A stretch of 63,949 bases of DNA, filler included, from Dugesia japonica (GCA_001938525.1; 5 parts of 5 records of this genome joined end to end with filler, not necessarily neighbours in it); one strand, 5' to 3'. Shown: positions 37,067 through 52,100, counted from the whole stretch's first letter. The notes: a model not told the origin generated them from the letters alone. Numbers and translations: made by a program.

Positions 37067-39329
37067 GTTGAGTATTTTTTTGAAAAACTTTGTTTGTTTT
37101 ATCGTTTGTCATTCTTTATAATATACAATGAATAAGAAATGCTATTTCAATTTTAAACAAAAATGTGATTTATTTTACCAAAATCATGTATAAATCAATT
37201 TCAATTATTCCAAGAATAATTGTTGGACTTAACTATTGATCGTATTGGAGATTTCATCAAATTAAAAACTTTTATTTTATAATTTTTTAATTTTGTTTTA
37301 AAATCGAAAATTAATAATCTTTAATTATTATTTCGAATACCAAATTTCTGAATATTTAAAGAAAGTATCGCTTTTTTAATATTAATGATTTTTTATTAAT
37401 TTTTAAATTTCATTTACTCATTTTGACATGATCTATAATGACATTTCAACTGATAGCTGATTTTCCGACAATTGAAATGAATGATTACATAAACATTAAA
37501 GAGGGAATACATTGTTTATGTAGATTTAATAGGTCTAGTAACAACCACGAAAACCTCAACTCTCGTAAATAGTGAAATGATGTCATCGAAATAGAAGCCC
37601 AGCGAAAGGTAGGAAGCAACTACTGTCAGTATAGATATCGGGAATTCTCAACTTCTTTCTGAAAACTGGCACTGGAAAGACTAGCTAACTCTCAGAGGAA
37701 CACCTACGGGTACTAGAAGCATTNNNNNNNNNNNNNNNNNNNNNNNNNNNNNNNNNNNNNNNNNNNNNNNNNNNNNNNNNNNNNNNNNNNNNNNNNNNNN
37801 NNNNNNNNNNNNNNNNNNNNNNNNNNNNNNNNNNNNNNTAATAATAATAATGATGAAAATAATAATAACCATGCATAATATATAACTAATTGTTAATTAT
37901 CATTATTGTTAATAAAATGCAAACAGTTTTGAAAGTTTTTCTGATATTGATTATATCAATAGATTAAGAAATTCAATACAGAAAATTATAATCCTGTGGC
38001 CCTCGTGTATATATAACATTTGGGATGAACATAACAAATTTCATTAAATTAAAAGCTTCGATCAAAATGTTTTTTAATGAAGAGTTCACAGGAATAAACA
38101 AGAAGAATTACTAATTAAACAAGATAAACCTAAAGTCAATGCAATTTATAATAATTAAAATAAAGTGATCAATTAAAATTCAATAAATAAAATAAATTNC
38201 AAAGATTTTTCTATTTCAATAATAAATCTTGAATAAATCAAAAAGTTCAAGTTATTCCTAAAGACAAACGTCGAATATTTGAATTACTAACAACATATAA
38301 AAAAAACTATTTGATCGAAGATATTGATTTAATAGAATCAGAAATATGATCAATGGTTAAATCCAATAATTATTCTCGCAATAATTGTAATTGTAAAACA
38401 CAACAAATCATTATTATGGGCATTTATCTGTATTATTAAACATATTTTTTAAATCGTCTTGAATCTTGCGGGACACAAAATTGTCCTCAACAGGCCTTAT
38501 GTGGCAAGTGGGTTTACCACCTCTGATCTAGATTCTAAATTAGANNNNNNNNNNNNNNNNNNNNNNNNNNNNNNNNNNNNNNNNNNNNNNNNNNNNNNNN
38601 NNNNNNNNNNNTAAAAATATTACATGAATTCTAATTTTATTAATAAACTAAGTGAACTAGAAACTTATACAACCAATCAAATTCAAGTTTAGGCAAGCAA
38701 ATTATAATGTAAATAACTATTTATTTAAAATTAAAAACATTCTTTAGAGAAATTAATTGCCTTGAAATATTTTTCATTTATAATTCATTATAATTTATTA
38801 GTAAAAATATTAATTAATCATTTATGTCAAACTTTAATTAAAAGCATTTAAAAATTTTAAATACTAATTTAATAAAAGGTATACTAAATTTAAAGAATTT
38901 TTTATTTAAATTTGATTTAATTTAATTATTAAAATATTTAATTAAATTAATTAAAAGTATAATAAAATTAGCATTACTAATTACAGTAATCGTTTTATTT
39001 TAGGATTTTTTTATTCTTTATCAAGTATGTATTACTTGTTATTCTTTCATTCATATAAACTTTCACATAAGTATGATATTCTGTTAAAGAGTTTTGAAAA
39101 ACACTTTATATATTGACGTTTACTATTAAATACACTTTAGTTATTATTACTTTCAATGTTTTCCTACTTTATTTGCCTTTCATTTTGATTTAACTTTCAA
39201 TGAAATTTTATTATATGAGAATATATATAGGTATTCTACTAAACAATATTTAATTTATTTTACATGAGAATTTTTTTTTATTTTACTTTATATGAGGACT
39301 ATATTCTTCTAACACGGATCTAATAATGT

Positions 39330-40200
39330 TATTATGTTCTTTATATTCCTTAAAATCTTTATTTCCTTTTTTAAAGGAGAAACAATAGATTATTAACATC
39401 AATCCAGTCTTCAATTTGTCTACAGAGACATATCGTGAAAAGTTTGTATAGGCATTCCAACAAGGCAGTCAGACGCCAAGGACCAATCTTTTTATATTGA
39501 TTATCTTTTCTGGTTTAGGAATCACGAGAGTTGAAGATTTTCATTTTTCAGGAACTTTGCTAGTCAAAATAATCTTATTAAATAAGATACAAATGAGCTT
39601 TTGGATAATAAAAACTAATATCCATATAAGTTATATTACTAATCTTTGGGCTACTATTGGACATCGACTTTAAAATCTTGACAATTTCTTCTTGATTAAC
39701 TTGCTTGAATTAGAAAGAAAGGTTCACATTGAGCATGTGAAATAATATTCCAATCGATATCTGGAGGAATCAAGGCTTTTAAAAGAAAGAAACTCTCTAA
39801 GTCTTCTCTGAAAGTGGATTCGTTGACTTTAGTATTGAATTTAATCATTTTATACACTTATTTTTGTGAGTGAAACAACTTTTTGCGAAGGGTAAAGTTA
39901 AGCTTGATCCTAAGATTTCTAAAATTGTTGGAATTGTTGAATCTCTTTCTTTTAATTTCTTTAGTATTCCAAATATATTCTGTCAGTCTGCTTGCAATTT
40001 CTTCTGGTGATGAGTTTTAAAGCTCGTTAAGCATCTGAACAATATTACCAACTCTCTGATGAAGGGTTAAGGTTTTTTTACTATACGGTGATGATTTAAT
40101 TTTAACTTCAATCTTTTCAGGTAAGTCAAGCATAGAGATCAACTTTTGGCGAACTTTATAGGTCTTGAAGGTGACTGATTTTAGAGAACTTTCTCAATGA
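39330..40200 (-). pseudogene. Non-LTR retrotransposon (LINE) ORF2 remnant
   Basis: ICILFNKIILTSKVPEK*KSSTLVIPKPEK resembles the LINE RT L..LFN.....G..P..WK.S...IPK motif. Confidence 0.55.
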
Positions 40201-40694
40201 TTCTACAAGTAATTAAACCATTATCCAAATGATTAACAGAAAAAATGACTAAATGTCATCGAGCAATGCGGAATATTCCTAGAGTNNNNNNNNNNNNNNN
40301 NNNNNNNNNNNNNNNNNNNNNNNNNNNNNTTAATTAATTAANNNNNNNNNNNNNNNNNNNNNNNNNNNNNNNNNNNNNNNNNNNNAATTTCGTGTCTACC
40401 TACGCCATTATATTTGCCTTAATCCGGTGTTTCACCCCAACAGTAATCACAAAAGAATAATTTTGAGATCTACTTTTTTTTACGTGTCTTAAATTATTTT
40501 GTTACAAAAAGTCCGAGAATTTTATCATCACACCTAGTAAAATCTGTTTTAATAAAGAATAAAATATCTTAAAATCCAATTTTTTTGCAATCTCAAAAAA
40601 AGTTGAGAATCTCTACCTTACAAGGATGTAATCGAAAAGCTTGTCTAAAGGTGAGAAGAAGTAGTGTGTGACGGGGGAGAATATATCACTGATT

Positions 40695-40719
40695 AGTAGA
40701 TAGATACTAGCACACTGGA
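40695..40719 (+). repeat. Putative Polinton terminus copy (AGTAGATAGATACTAGCACACTGGA)
   Basis: Aligns ungapped to the 10512 and 23819 motifs. Confidence 0.5.
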
Positions 40720-41538
40720 ACTTTTAGGACCTCCTCCTACGTCTATTCTAGAAATTTGGTGTGTTAAAATTTTGTCTTTGTTCTAGTATAAATATTGTGA
40801 TTGATAATCGAGTCGAGTTGTTAAGATTTCGCGGCTGTATTAGTTTTTTAACCGCATCATATTTTTACCATGAAGGAAGCATTTTTAGATAATATTCCTT
40901 TAAGCAATTTTTAATTCTCTATCCGTATATTGTATAAGTTCAAATGGAGACTGAACACCATTTTAAAATCTGTAGTAACTTTTTATATTTACTTTATATT
41001 GCAAATATAATCACACTATGTTTGTCATCAAAGCACTTTTGTAACTTGACTTTTACCCATTTTTAATAAATTAATGTACCTTTAACCTTTTTTTCATAGA
41101 TAAGGTAAATTTTGCTGATACCCGTTCATGAGACAGAACTAACTTACTTTTTAATTGTTTATCATATGGTACCAGTTTTTATTGGAAAGCTTTATTGATG
41201 GAGAGGGTGGCTCACTGCGCTATTTACTTACTCTGAACTAAAACCTATTTTAAGCATAAATGGAGTGTTTTCTGATATTAGTTTTTTGGGAAATAATATA
41301 GGCAGTTTTTAATTCTATCGAATGCTAAGTTTAAAAATGGTGGCTTTATTAAATCTTTAATAACTTTAATAACTCCTCTAGTTGAAAATTTAATTACATC
41401 ATGTTCATCTTTTTAATGCTACCGAATTTGACATTTTTCTACTGAAATGTATCAACCTTTCTAAATCGAGTATATTGGAACAAAAACAAAACTTTTTACT
41501 AATCAAATATTTTAATTTAAAAAAAACTATCAATCATT

Positions 41539-41741
41539 AATATTAAATTCATTCAGCTCACATCATATCAGTGTTGGTTTCTCTTTATTCAGTATATATT
41601 ACTACAAAATTGTAAGTAGAAAATAATAATTTGTAAATTAATATTAAATTCATTCAACTCACATCATATCAGTGTTGGTTTCTCTTTATTCAGTATATAT
41701 TACTACAAAATTGTAAGTAGAAAATAATAATTTGTAAATTA
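41539..41741. repeat. 101-bp tandem duplication
   Basis: Units start at 41539 and 41640; one visible difference (cagctc/caactc). Confidence 0.9.
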
Positions 41742-41826
41742 AATAAAATTTTACCGAGATTCCCAACAATGAGTTTATTGGCAATATATTAATAAATGAT
41801 TAAATCAAACAAATATCGAACGAAAT

Positions 41827-43167
41827 TTATTTTATTTGTCCACAATCGGTAATCACAACAGGATCATTTGGAGATCCACTTTTCGATCCAACTGATTCCA
41901 TTTTTTTGCAAACATTTAATCCTTCAATCACATGTCCAAATACAACATGTTTCCCATCAAGCCAATCTGTTTTATTTAAACAAATGAAAAACTGCGATCC
42001 GTTTGTATTAGGTCCACTATTGGCCATAGAAACAACACCTGCTGCATCGTGTCTTAAAATAAAATTTTCATCATCGAATTTCATTCCATAAATTGATTTT
42101 CCCCCGGTTCCGTCACCCATAGTAAAATCTCCACCTTGACACATCTGAAAAGTGCGATCATTAAAAATGTAAATTTATTATCCTTTTTAATTACAATTTA
42201 TTCATTTTAATTTAATAACAGGATTTAAATCAATAGAAAAATTAAATCAATAAATTCAAATTAATAATTATTCTAAATTATATTAAAGCAAAAATTAAAC
42301 GAAAAATGAATTAAAAAGTAAAAAAAATTGCAAAACTAACAAAGCCGGGAATGATTCTGTGGAATTTTGAACCTTTAAAACCAAATCCTTTGGAGTGGGT
42401 GCATAAACTGATAAAATTTTCACAAGTTCTTGGAACAACATCCTTTCGTAATTGAATAACTATTTTACCGATTGGTTGATTTCGAATGGAAATATCAAAA
42501 TAAATTTGTGGCAGTTCAGTAGAGTTTGATCCACTAATAGATTTTCCTACATCAGCTTGCTATGGATTTAATTATGCTTTATTTAATATATATATATAAT
42601 AAATCTACAACCATTTCAATTTGTTTCTTATCAAATTCCTCTTCTGATGCTTTACCACTAAATACTTTTAACCAATTTTCATCAGACCAAACTAAAGTTT
42701 TTAAAATTAATAAAACAATAAATTAATAAAAATAATTGTTATTACCCGGCTTGCTCATTCCTTCCTTAATTCTCATCGGTCTTGCTATATTAACTCGGAT
42801 AGTTTTTCCACACAATTCTCCATCGTTCTTTATTTTACAACTGGTAAAATTATAACAACTAAAAATTAAACTAACCATGTTGTCAATTGCAGCTGATGCG
42901 TCTTCAACCAGTTCATATTCTATAAAACCAAAACCTCGGTGCTTTTCTATTTAAAATACCATTATTGTTAAAAATTATTATTTAAAAAAAAATTTACTAA
43001 CGAGTTGAATAGTCAATAGGGATAGAAATATTAATTATGTCACCGAATTTGATAAAATTATTTTGAAGAATTTCGTCATTAACTTCATCAGCTAAACCAC
43101 CAATATATAAAATTCTTTTATTAATTGGGTTGTAACTTCCAGGTGGTATGAATAAATCATCAGACAT
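41827..43167 (-). CDS. PPIE: Peptidyl-prolyl isomerase E (Cyp33; RRM + cyclophilin), 6 exons
   Basis: Exons 43167-43002, 42946-42876, 42827-42746, 42691-42612, 42559-42341, 42144-41827. RNP2 LYIGGL, RNP1 [73 protein letters not shown]. Confidence 0.97.
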
Positions 43168-44896
43168 TATTTAAATTATTTAAATTTAAAATATCGAAAT
43201 AAAACACCGAATATTTAAACAAACTAAATAGGTTGATTAATAACTTAGCAAAACACTTATTTTGAAAATATTGGGAAATAATTTAATTTCAAGTATAAAA
43301 ATTTCAGGATTTGAGTACTATATTAATCAAAATAATGTTCTTGTAATTAGATATTATAGCTATCAGTTTAAGGCAGCAATAATTAAGTCATTATCTTAAT
43401 TCTTTGTGATACTTACTTGTTCATTCTCAAGACGTCATAATTTGGTTAGTTATCTCAACTGTAGCTTCAATGTATTTAAAAAATTCGGATTTTTTTAGTT
43501 TTAAGCTTGTTTATATAACATTTTAGACTTTATCGCCCAAAATAATTTCGTATAAGTGTTGAAGGAAATACTACTCAATAACTTCGCTTTTAATCATCTT
43601 ATAGATCAGGGGTATCAAACACATCAGTCTATTTAATAATTGAAAAATTAATGAAGCCAATAAATTTTTTTGAAAAATTACTAAAATTAATCATTTAAAA
43701 TTTAGTAAATTATATGTCATTTTAAAATACTATGAATTTATTTTATAAAAATTCGTAAAATGTATATTAATACTAATTTCTGTTTAAATATTCATTTTTA
43801 GTTCTTAGAGCTTTTAAATTTAAATATTTTATGAAAATTTAATTGATATTATTCATCATGAGTACTCTATTTAAAAGTAATAAGAAATCAAAAACATGAA
43901 GAATTTTTCATACATGTACTTGTTTAATTTGTAGTTTTACAGTCACTTTACCAAAAGGAAATAATTTAAATAGGCACTTTAGTACTGTACATGGAAACTT
44001 TGATAAATATTCGATAAATACATAATTATTCTCAAAATATTTCAGTCAAATAGTCGTAATAATAATAATTCAGAAAAGCAAGCAACTCGTAATAAAAATT
44101 TCAATTAATATTGTTAGATCAGTCTGAAACTCACCGTAGAATTTAAAACATTTTTAGCATCCAATATTTTATTAATCAAATAAAAACAAATTTTTAAAAA
44201 TAGCTTTTCAAACAAATTAACTAAAGCCAAGCAACTGGAATTTCAAATTTTATTGTTAAACCAAATTTTGATAATTTTGAATTTAATTTTAATTTACTAA
44301 CTTTTTATAATAGTGTCCGTGCTTAAATTCTGCGTATGTCGGCAATTTAACGGTAGTTCCACAACTTCAGAGTGGAAATATATACTGTACAGTTATCAGT
44401 AAACTTAGTATGACTCCCATAGTGCATAATTGTTTTAAGAATTCAACATTTGTATTCTGATTATCTAATATTCAAATGTATGCAAACATTCCGGTGAATG
44501 TTTAATAACTAATGAATGGTAAAAAGTATATTAATTCTAGTTATTTACTCCATTTTACCAGAAAATGGCGAGAATAATAGGACTCAGTCCAAAACATGCA
44601 CTTTATAAACATAAATTAACCAGCTCTCTCTTGAACATTGAGAACTAGGACACTCGATCAAATTCTTGCGGGTGTCCAAGAGTAAAGAAATCTCTTAATA
44701 GAGGCACAATAGCAACATATATTTTAATGATTTCTTGGTTTTCGAGGTGTTATAGACTTAAGCTTTTTCTTGCACTCGTGTTTCTATATGCTTCATTAAT
44801 CATCTCTCTACGGGTAGATACCCCAAAGTCATTAGAGTTTTGATGATACCCCGATTCATGCAGGTGTTTGCGGTAACCCGTCTTTTGAAAATTGTG

Positions 44897-45350
44897 TTGA
44901 TATAGTTTTAATTCAACTGAATTGTGTAGCTTAATTTAATAGTTTAATAACAGTTATTTTTCCAACATAGATCGTGTTTTCGTAATATTTTTTAATATAA
45001 TTTATTATTTAATTGACCAATTTGTTCTTATATAATTTAACCAGAAAAACAAATCTACGTTATTTCATTCTCAGTAAAATATTTACAAAAATTAGATCAG
45101 TTATTAACAACAATTAAATCCTTAAAGTAAATGATTAATAACAATCTTATCTAAAGTGCATTTTGATCCTGAAAATTAAAAGTTAAACTAACTAAAAATA
45201 AATGGAAAATGTATTTATACAATTAAAAAAAAGTATTACTTGAATACTATTAAGAAACTATAAACCTATTATGCAAGCACGATATACATTGGAAAAATAA
45301 CTGTTTTTAAACTATCAAATTAAGCTACACAGTTGAATTAAAACTATCAA
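44897..45350. mobile_element. MITE-like element with ~80-bp imperfect terminal inverted repeats
   Basis: 44897-44977 (tgatatagttttaattcaactg..tgtagcttaattt..cagttatttttccaac..atcgtg) is the reverse complement of 45278-45350. Confidence 0.7.
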
Positions 45351-46624
45351 TCGATAAACTATTCCAATGGTTACATTAAATTATTAAAATCAATGTTTAA
45401 AAAATCTTCAAATAAATGTATTATGATTTAATTAATGATTAATAATTTACGCAATTAATTATTAATATTATGCTAAAATCAAGTATTGTAGTTACTATAT
45501 TCAACTGCTGATTATTAAATTATTAATGTTATGATAAAATTATAGTTCTTTTTCAAGTCAAATTGTGGTCCTGAATTAAATTATATTATCATATTAAACG
45601 TCGTCGTTATTAAAATAAATTATTACTACTCTGATGTGAAAGGTTGTTAAAATCGTTATTCGATCACAGTGCATGATAAAAAATTCATTACTTAAGATAA
45701 TTGATGAAAGCCAAATTAAAAAACAATTCTTTAGAAAATTTTAAATTACTAAAATGCAAATCAAGCTTATTTTAAATGTCCAATAAGATTCCTTAAAATT
45801 AAGATTTTAACATAAAATTAAAGGAAATAAGACTTGTTACGAGTAAAAATATAAAATCACTGCATTAATTAAACGAAATAATCTTACAATCATTGGCATA
45901 TAATACGAAAATATACAAGACTCGATTATCACCAGAATTTAATAAATATTCGTAACCAAATCGTCATGATTTTATTTAAAAAAAACGATTTCTCCTTTCA
46001 TAATTAAATAATTCGAAAAAATCCACTCAATCTATAAAAACAATTTCTTCTCAAAAATATTAATCATCTCTATTAATATAAAAGCAATTCCTCTTGTCAA
46101 TAATATTAATCTTTGACTGATTTTCGCCACATGATCCCGAGAAAGATTTTATTTGTTGTTTAAACCTATCATATTCGGTAGGACAAGTTAGAACATTAGC
46201 AAAATTACAAGATAAATTACATCAATATAAACTAAAATTTACTTTTATTCAAATGGATTTCTGTAATTCTTCGGATAAAATAATTTTGAGTATGGCTTCT
46301 ATAATTTGAATAAATAATCGTCTGTCTCAGTAGCGTTCAGACAATTTTGAAAATAGATTTCAAATTCATATTTCAAAAACCTTTGAATTTTTCAAATTGT
46401 TTGATGGTAAAACTTGTTTTGATCTTCTAATTTTTTTTCTTTCATTGTTTGTTGCATACGCAAACGTGTTTCATTGTTAACTTCTTTTTGAGATTAAAAT
46501 CGACACGTTCTTATGCTCATTGTGCTACTATTGTTTGCACACATATTCAAATGTAAATAATACATTCTGCGAGTTAATTCTCGCTTTTTGGATTTCCATA
46601 AAAATGATAATAATAATATTAACT

Positions 46625-46638
46625 CTAATAATAACAAC

Positions 46639-46680
<42 letters not shown>
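46625..46680. repeat. (TAA)n microsatellite
   Basis: Directly visible. Confidence 0.9.
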
Positions 46681-46681
<1 letters not shown>

Positions 46682-47480
46682 GTAAAGATTACAATACATA
46701 TAATTTAATTCTTAAAAACAATTTTTTGTTTTAATTCACTCTTTAATAATTATAATTCCAGTTCTACTTTAGCCAAATATTTTCAGAGTTCCAATAATAA
46801 TTATTATTTTGTTTTAATTGATATTTAATATATTTCATACAGTAATTATAATTCTGTAAATATTGTATTATAATAAATAATAATCATGCACTAAATTATA
46901 ATTAATATTACTTCAACGATTTTTATTTTAGCTTATGTTAATACCAAATTTTATTAAAATAATTTATTTCTTATATATATATATATATATATATATATCC
47001 AACACTTAAAATAAATTCAGATTCACGTTATAACGAGAACTTGTGGCTAAACAACATTTTTAAAATTTCGAAAATGTCTCCCATACATAAACTTCTGAGC
47101 AACCCTGAAATATAATATAAATTTTAAAAAAATATATCATGCAACGAAGAGCTAACATTATTATTATAACAATTTATACCACTCGTAACATAATTTCTTT
47201 AAATGCCGCTCTCATAATTTACTGGCATAAAATCATCATTAGCAAAATTAAAACAAAACTTCATTCATAATTAATATTCAATAAATTCAACTTGCTTTCA
47301 TTTTAAGCGACTATCTCAAGAATCTTTATTCAACAATATGAAAATAAATCAATATCAGTAATAAATCATTATAAAATCAATAACGAAAATAAAATTTATT
47401 ATTATAAAATAAACGAATGATAATTTCTCAAAATTTATTTATCGAAATATGAAAGACAAATACGATGCAAAATAATAATC

Positions 47481-48121
47481 TCATCTAGAGTAGGCCAATA
47501 TTTTCGGTTTTTGATTCGGTATCGAGCTGGGACCATAATTGAATTTAGCTCGATTGAGAAATGCGTCGACCATTGTTTCAACTATATGATCGAAAAACAT
47601 TCGAGCGACACGAAAATACAGTATTGATTTGAATTCGAAAGTAATCTTAACGAAATGTTTATTTTAATAGATAACAAAGAAAAATAATTACAGAGAAATC
47701 TAAAATACTAGTATTTGGAATTTCTGACAAGGCTTGGCGAAATTTCCATGTGGTTGTTAATTCATTAAATACTGAACTGTCAGAACCTGTAGCTTGCACA
47801 AAATATGGCTTATCAAGTGTAACATTTGAAATATATGACACTTTTAAAGGAGGAAATCCAATAATTAAATCAGCTTTAAATGTGTTGCCTAATTGACTTA
47901 TTATTGTAGATTTATCACAATAAGGTACAAATTGATAATATTCTTTAACATCTGCGACCACATTGAACATCTGAGATCTTGAATAACTACAAGTAACATA
48001 ATTTGATATAATATTAATTACGTAATTACCCAATAATTCGTTTTTCCTGGTATTTCATTGATTTTGAAAAATAGTTAATTGAAAAAAATCTCTTACAAAT
48101 AAAATTAATAGAATTCGTCAT
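47481..48121 (-). CDS. COQ10: Coenzyme Q-binding protein COQ10 (START/polyketide cyclase fold), 3 exons
   Basis: Exons 48121-48030, 47986-47692, 47645-47481 (introns 43 and 46 nt). YQEKRIIGYSRSQMFNVVADVKEYYQFVPYC..ADLIIGFPP...Y.S.VT..F.EL.T.WKF..LDFSITFEFKS..FFD.IV..MV.AFL.RAK..YGP; N-terminus looks like a mitochondrial presequence. Confidence 0.95.
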
Positions 48122-49170
48122 GTCGAAATAAAAGATAAACTTAAAATATTAATTAAAATAATAAAAAATGAAATTTTAAATATTAATTTTATAAACGATA
48201 AAATTGAAGATTTTAAACAAATTTTGATAAAGTTTAAATTTAGGATTGTGAAAATCTAATTTTTTATAAACTTTACTACTTTATTGTTTTTATATTCTTA
48301 CATTCCATGTGGATAATAATGCCTTTTTTCGAATAATTTATTTTATGTTGGATTATAATATCAAAAATATTAAAATTATACTATTTCAGTAAAAATATTT
48401 TCATAAAATTTACATTTTTAAAACATTGACTTATTTTAATATTGGCTATTTTAGAAAACTATATTTTTTAGGAAAATAATCAAAAGGGAAATGGTTTATT
48501 ATATATATATATATAATTCTATAATTATTTTTAAAAATCTAATGTTATTTTGTATTGTTTTTGATGATTTAAATGCTTTTATTAATTTTTTTTTCCAAAT
48601 TCTAATAATCTTTGGAAGTTAAAATTTTTAATTTTCAAAAAAGAATATTATTTTTATAAAATATTTTGGCATAATTAAATAAATAGGTAAAAAGTTATTT
48701 GCTAATGAATAAAATAAGACTTGTAGATACTTTAAAGATCATCAGATTTAAGTAAAAATGAATATAATAAAAAACTATTATATTTTTCAAGAACGACAAA
48801 AAATTGATTCTAACGTTGTTATAGGCATAACTTTCGCAGTGAAAAAGTTTAAAGCATAAATATAGTTGGATAAAAAATTTGCTTTATAAATATGTTGGTA
48901 TTGAATCCAACTAAACCAATAACCCAAATAAACACTACAATAAATTTTACTAAATCACAAGAAAATAGATTATTGAATTTGAAAAAGTTACGTCAAGAAT
49001 GATCCATAAGAAAATAAAATCAATATTAAAAAAAATAATTATAGAAATATTAAAATAATTAATCATAACAATGAAAAATATAAAAATTATTTAAATAATT
49101 TAATTAGATTAAAAATATCTAGAATAAATATAATATATAAATCAATTAATTTAGAAAGCCTTTATCTTTG

Positions 49171-52100
49171 AGTATGTATGCATGAGCGCACTGGGTCCAG
49201 TCACTGATATCTTAAAGGGAGTTACTATTTTGTGTTATTTATTATTGGTGAAAATTAAATAAAATTTAGTACTGATATGATTACATAATTTTTCTCGTAA
49301 AATTTGCGTGAGTCTTTTAATTTTTTTAGTTTTACATTGTTTTTTAATTTTTGTTAAAGTGTTTTTGTTTAATCATATTTAATTATTATTTAGAATCACA
49401 TCATAATTTTTAATTTTAAAATTTTTTATTAAATTAATAAAAGTTATCTGAACTGTTACGATTTAACATAATAAATTAAAAATTACAAATATTCTAAAAT
49501 ACCACAATACAAAATTTTTAAAAATTTATAAACATAACTACTATAAATAAATATCTTTAAATTAACTGCATAGATAAAATTTTAAATAAATTTCATTGAT
49601 AAAAATTTAGAATTAATTATTTTAATTACATTTTCTTTAAATTGAATCTATTTTAATGATACAGCTGTCATTTAGTGATTTAGTTTTAATTTAATTTTAA
49701 AAAATCGAACTTTAAATCAGTTTTAACCTGTGTTAAATTTTATATATTACTTTAGAATTTACTAAAAATAGTATGTAAAAATAGATAATTTTGAAAATTT
49801 AACAAATAATTAAATAAAATTACTTTCAATAGTAATAATTTTTTTGATATTTTCCAATGTTACTATGTGTAATTAAAAAATCATTCAATTTTTTATGTAT
49901 TAATTATTCCACAGAGGAAAATTTTCAAATTTCAAAGGAAAAATTTTTAAAAATTACATAGAAGTCGGTGAAATACTAAATTCCTTTGTAAATCAAAAAT
50001 CCTTATTAACAAGGATAATAATATTAATAGGAATAATAACGGAATATTAATGCAAACAACATTACCCCGACACTGTCAAATCGTGATGTTGGCGATAATG
50101 AATGATCCTATTAGTCCCAATTGCCGTAACAATGTTTGGCAATGAATGTAGGCGAGGAAGCTCTACCGGAGCATGCAGATAAAAGAAAAATGCAACTCTA
50201 ATCTAGTGGTCGTGGTCATACCTTTTGATAATAACAAGACATCATAAAACATATATTATCAATATTTATAACAATTAACGAACATCAACCCAATATAATT
50301 TTTCAAGCCAACAGAAATGTTAACCTGGATCGTGAAGGGAGTTGCAATTATCTGGTTGAGGACAGTTTAATCCTACTATGAACACTATTTTTTAACCTTC
50401 ATTCCGAGAATAAAATAATCCAATTATCACGATCATGTTATTAATTATGAGGTTCATCGTTCGTAGGTATTGGTTGTGTGATAACTCGACAATTATATCT
50501 AACACCGGGACTCCACTTTGGTTAGGATATTATAAAATCCAGAGAATAGAAGGAAAAATTAATCCATTGTGAATATATTTCATTATATAGCATCTATATT
50601 CCTTCTAATAGCGATAAAATGATATCTGATTATTTCTGACGTTATAGCAGCGCTGGTATTATATTAGCCAGTTGCGGAGTTTATTAATCGGATAAATTCA
50701 TTCTGATTATTAATACAATGTTACATAACAATGCTATGAGTAAGTGAAAATGTGTGCTGGTGGTCTGACTAGGTTGACTCATTCATTCTACGTGTATGCA
50801 TACTGAATTTAAGGTTATACAATTTTTTAGTTCTACGTTGTCAATTCTAAATATAAATATAACGCTTTGTGTGTATATTTTATAGTATTAAATCATCGAC
50901 GCCGTAGTGAGCTAAATTTTGTCACTAAAAAGGCATAATCAGGCAACGATCATTATACACACCAACTCTGGGCTGCTTGTTACTATTGAAATGAAAAAAT
51001 TGTTTTTTCTTTTTCAGATCAATTTTGAAAGAATAATGTTTTATCCTGAATGTTTTTTCTTGATTTACTTTATTATTTATAGACTGAAATTATTATTCCC
51101 TTCAATCATAACATAGTAATACATGAAATCAAACATTAACATATTTATTATGAATATAATAAAACATTATTCAATAACATAAGATAGTAAACAACACTTA
51201 CTGATAAAATAAGGATTTCTGCAACGGTTTAATCTCCAATCAACAAATAACAAAACAATTACGATTTAACTTTAATTGGTAGTTTCCCTCGTACACTTCT
51301 CTTCTTTAGTTGATAGAATCTTTTGTTGCTATAAATTCAAATTGGACACCTATGAACTAATTTAGCATAAATTATGATCTTACAAATTGTAGATTGATAA
51401 GTTGTAGTCTAATATTTTCTTACAAATGTTCTCCAAGTAAATTAACGTAGTATAATATTATTATACTGACAAAATTTAGAAATCGTTAGTTTTTCTTCTA
51501 AATTTTGGGGTGTTTATATACCATTTTCTTTACAACCCGATTCTCTTCGTATTGGGTGTCTATTTTTGTTTTCTGTTTCTTTATTCTGATTGGGATTTTG
51601 TCTAAAATTCTAAACATTTTGACAAATTTCTGCTACACTATTCGTGCATACTTTTGGAGCAACTTGTGATTTTTATGTCTTTGTTTTATTTTTCTTTTCT
51701 GGACTAATTAACCTTTATTAATCAATGGTGTCAGCACTTTGCATTGGATATTCATCTCTAATCAATGTTTCTCCTTATCAATACTCGTTATGATGCGTGG
51801 GGGTTTGAGCATGTGATCGAGTAATTAAAGTGACCTATATTGTAGTAAAATTTCAAATTCATGAGTGAAAGTAAAGTGCCATGTGAGCTTAGTGTAGTCC
51901 TGAGGCCCAGATTTTATAACAGGAAAATTAATTCATACCCCTCCTTGTGGTCAATTACACATTGTCAATAAACTGTTAATATCAACACGACTGGTCACCA
52001 ACACTATTATTACATAACCTCCCAATTCGCTCCAAATTTCATCATTATTTCGAGTCAATAACACTACCTGAGAGGCACTGCTTACTAGAAAAGAGAAGTT

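Noticed and set aside
37490-37722. IYTDSS RNase H-like motif possibly belonging to the LINE at 39-40 kb
   Set aside because: Single short motif in decayed sequence; insufficient support
44290-44895. Possible pogo/Tigger transposase remnant on the minus strand
   Set aside because: Only weak hints (DNC-like); no convincing catalytic motifs could be reconstructed
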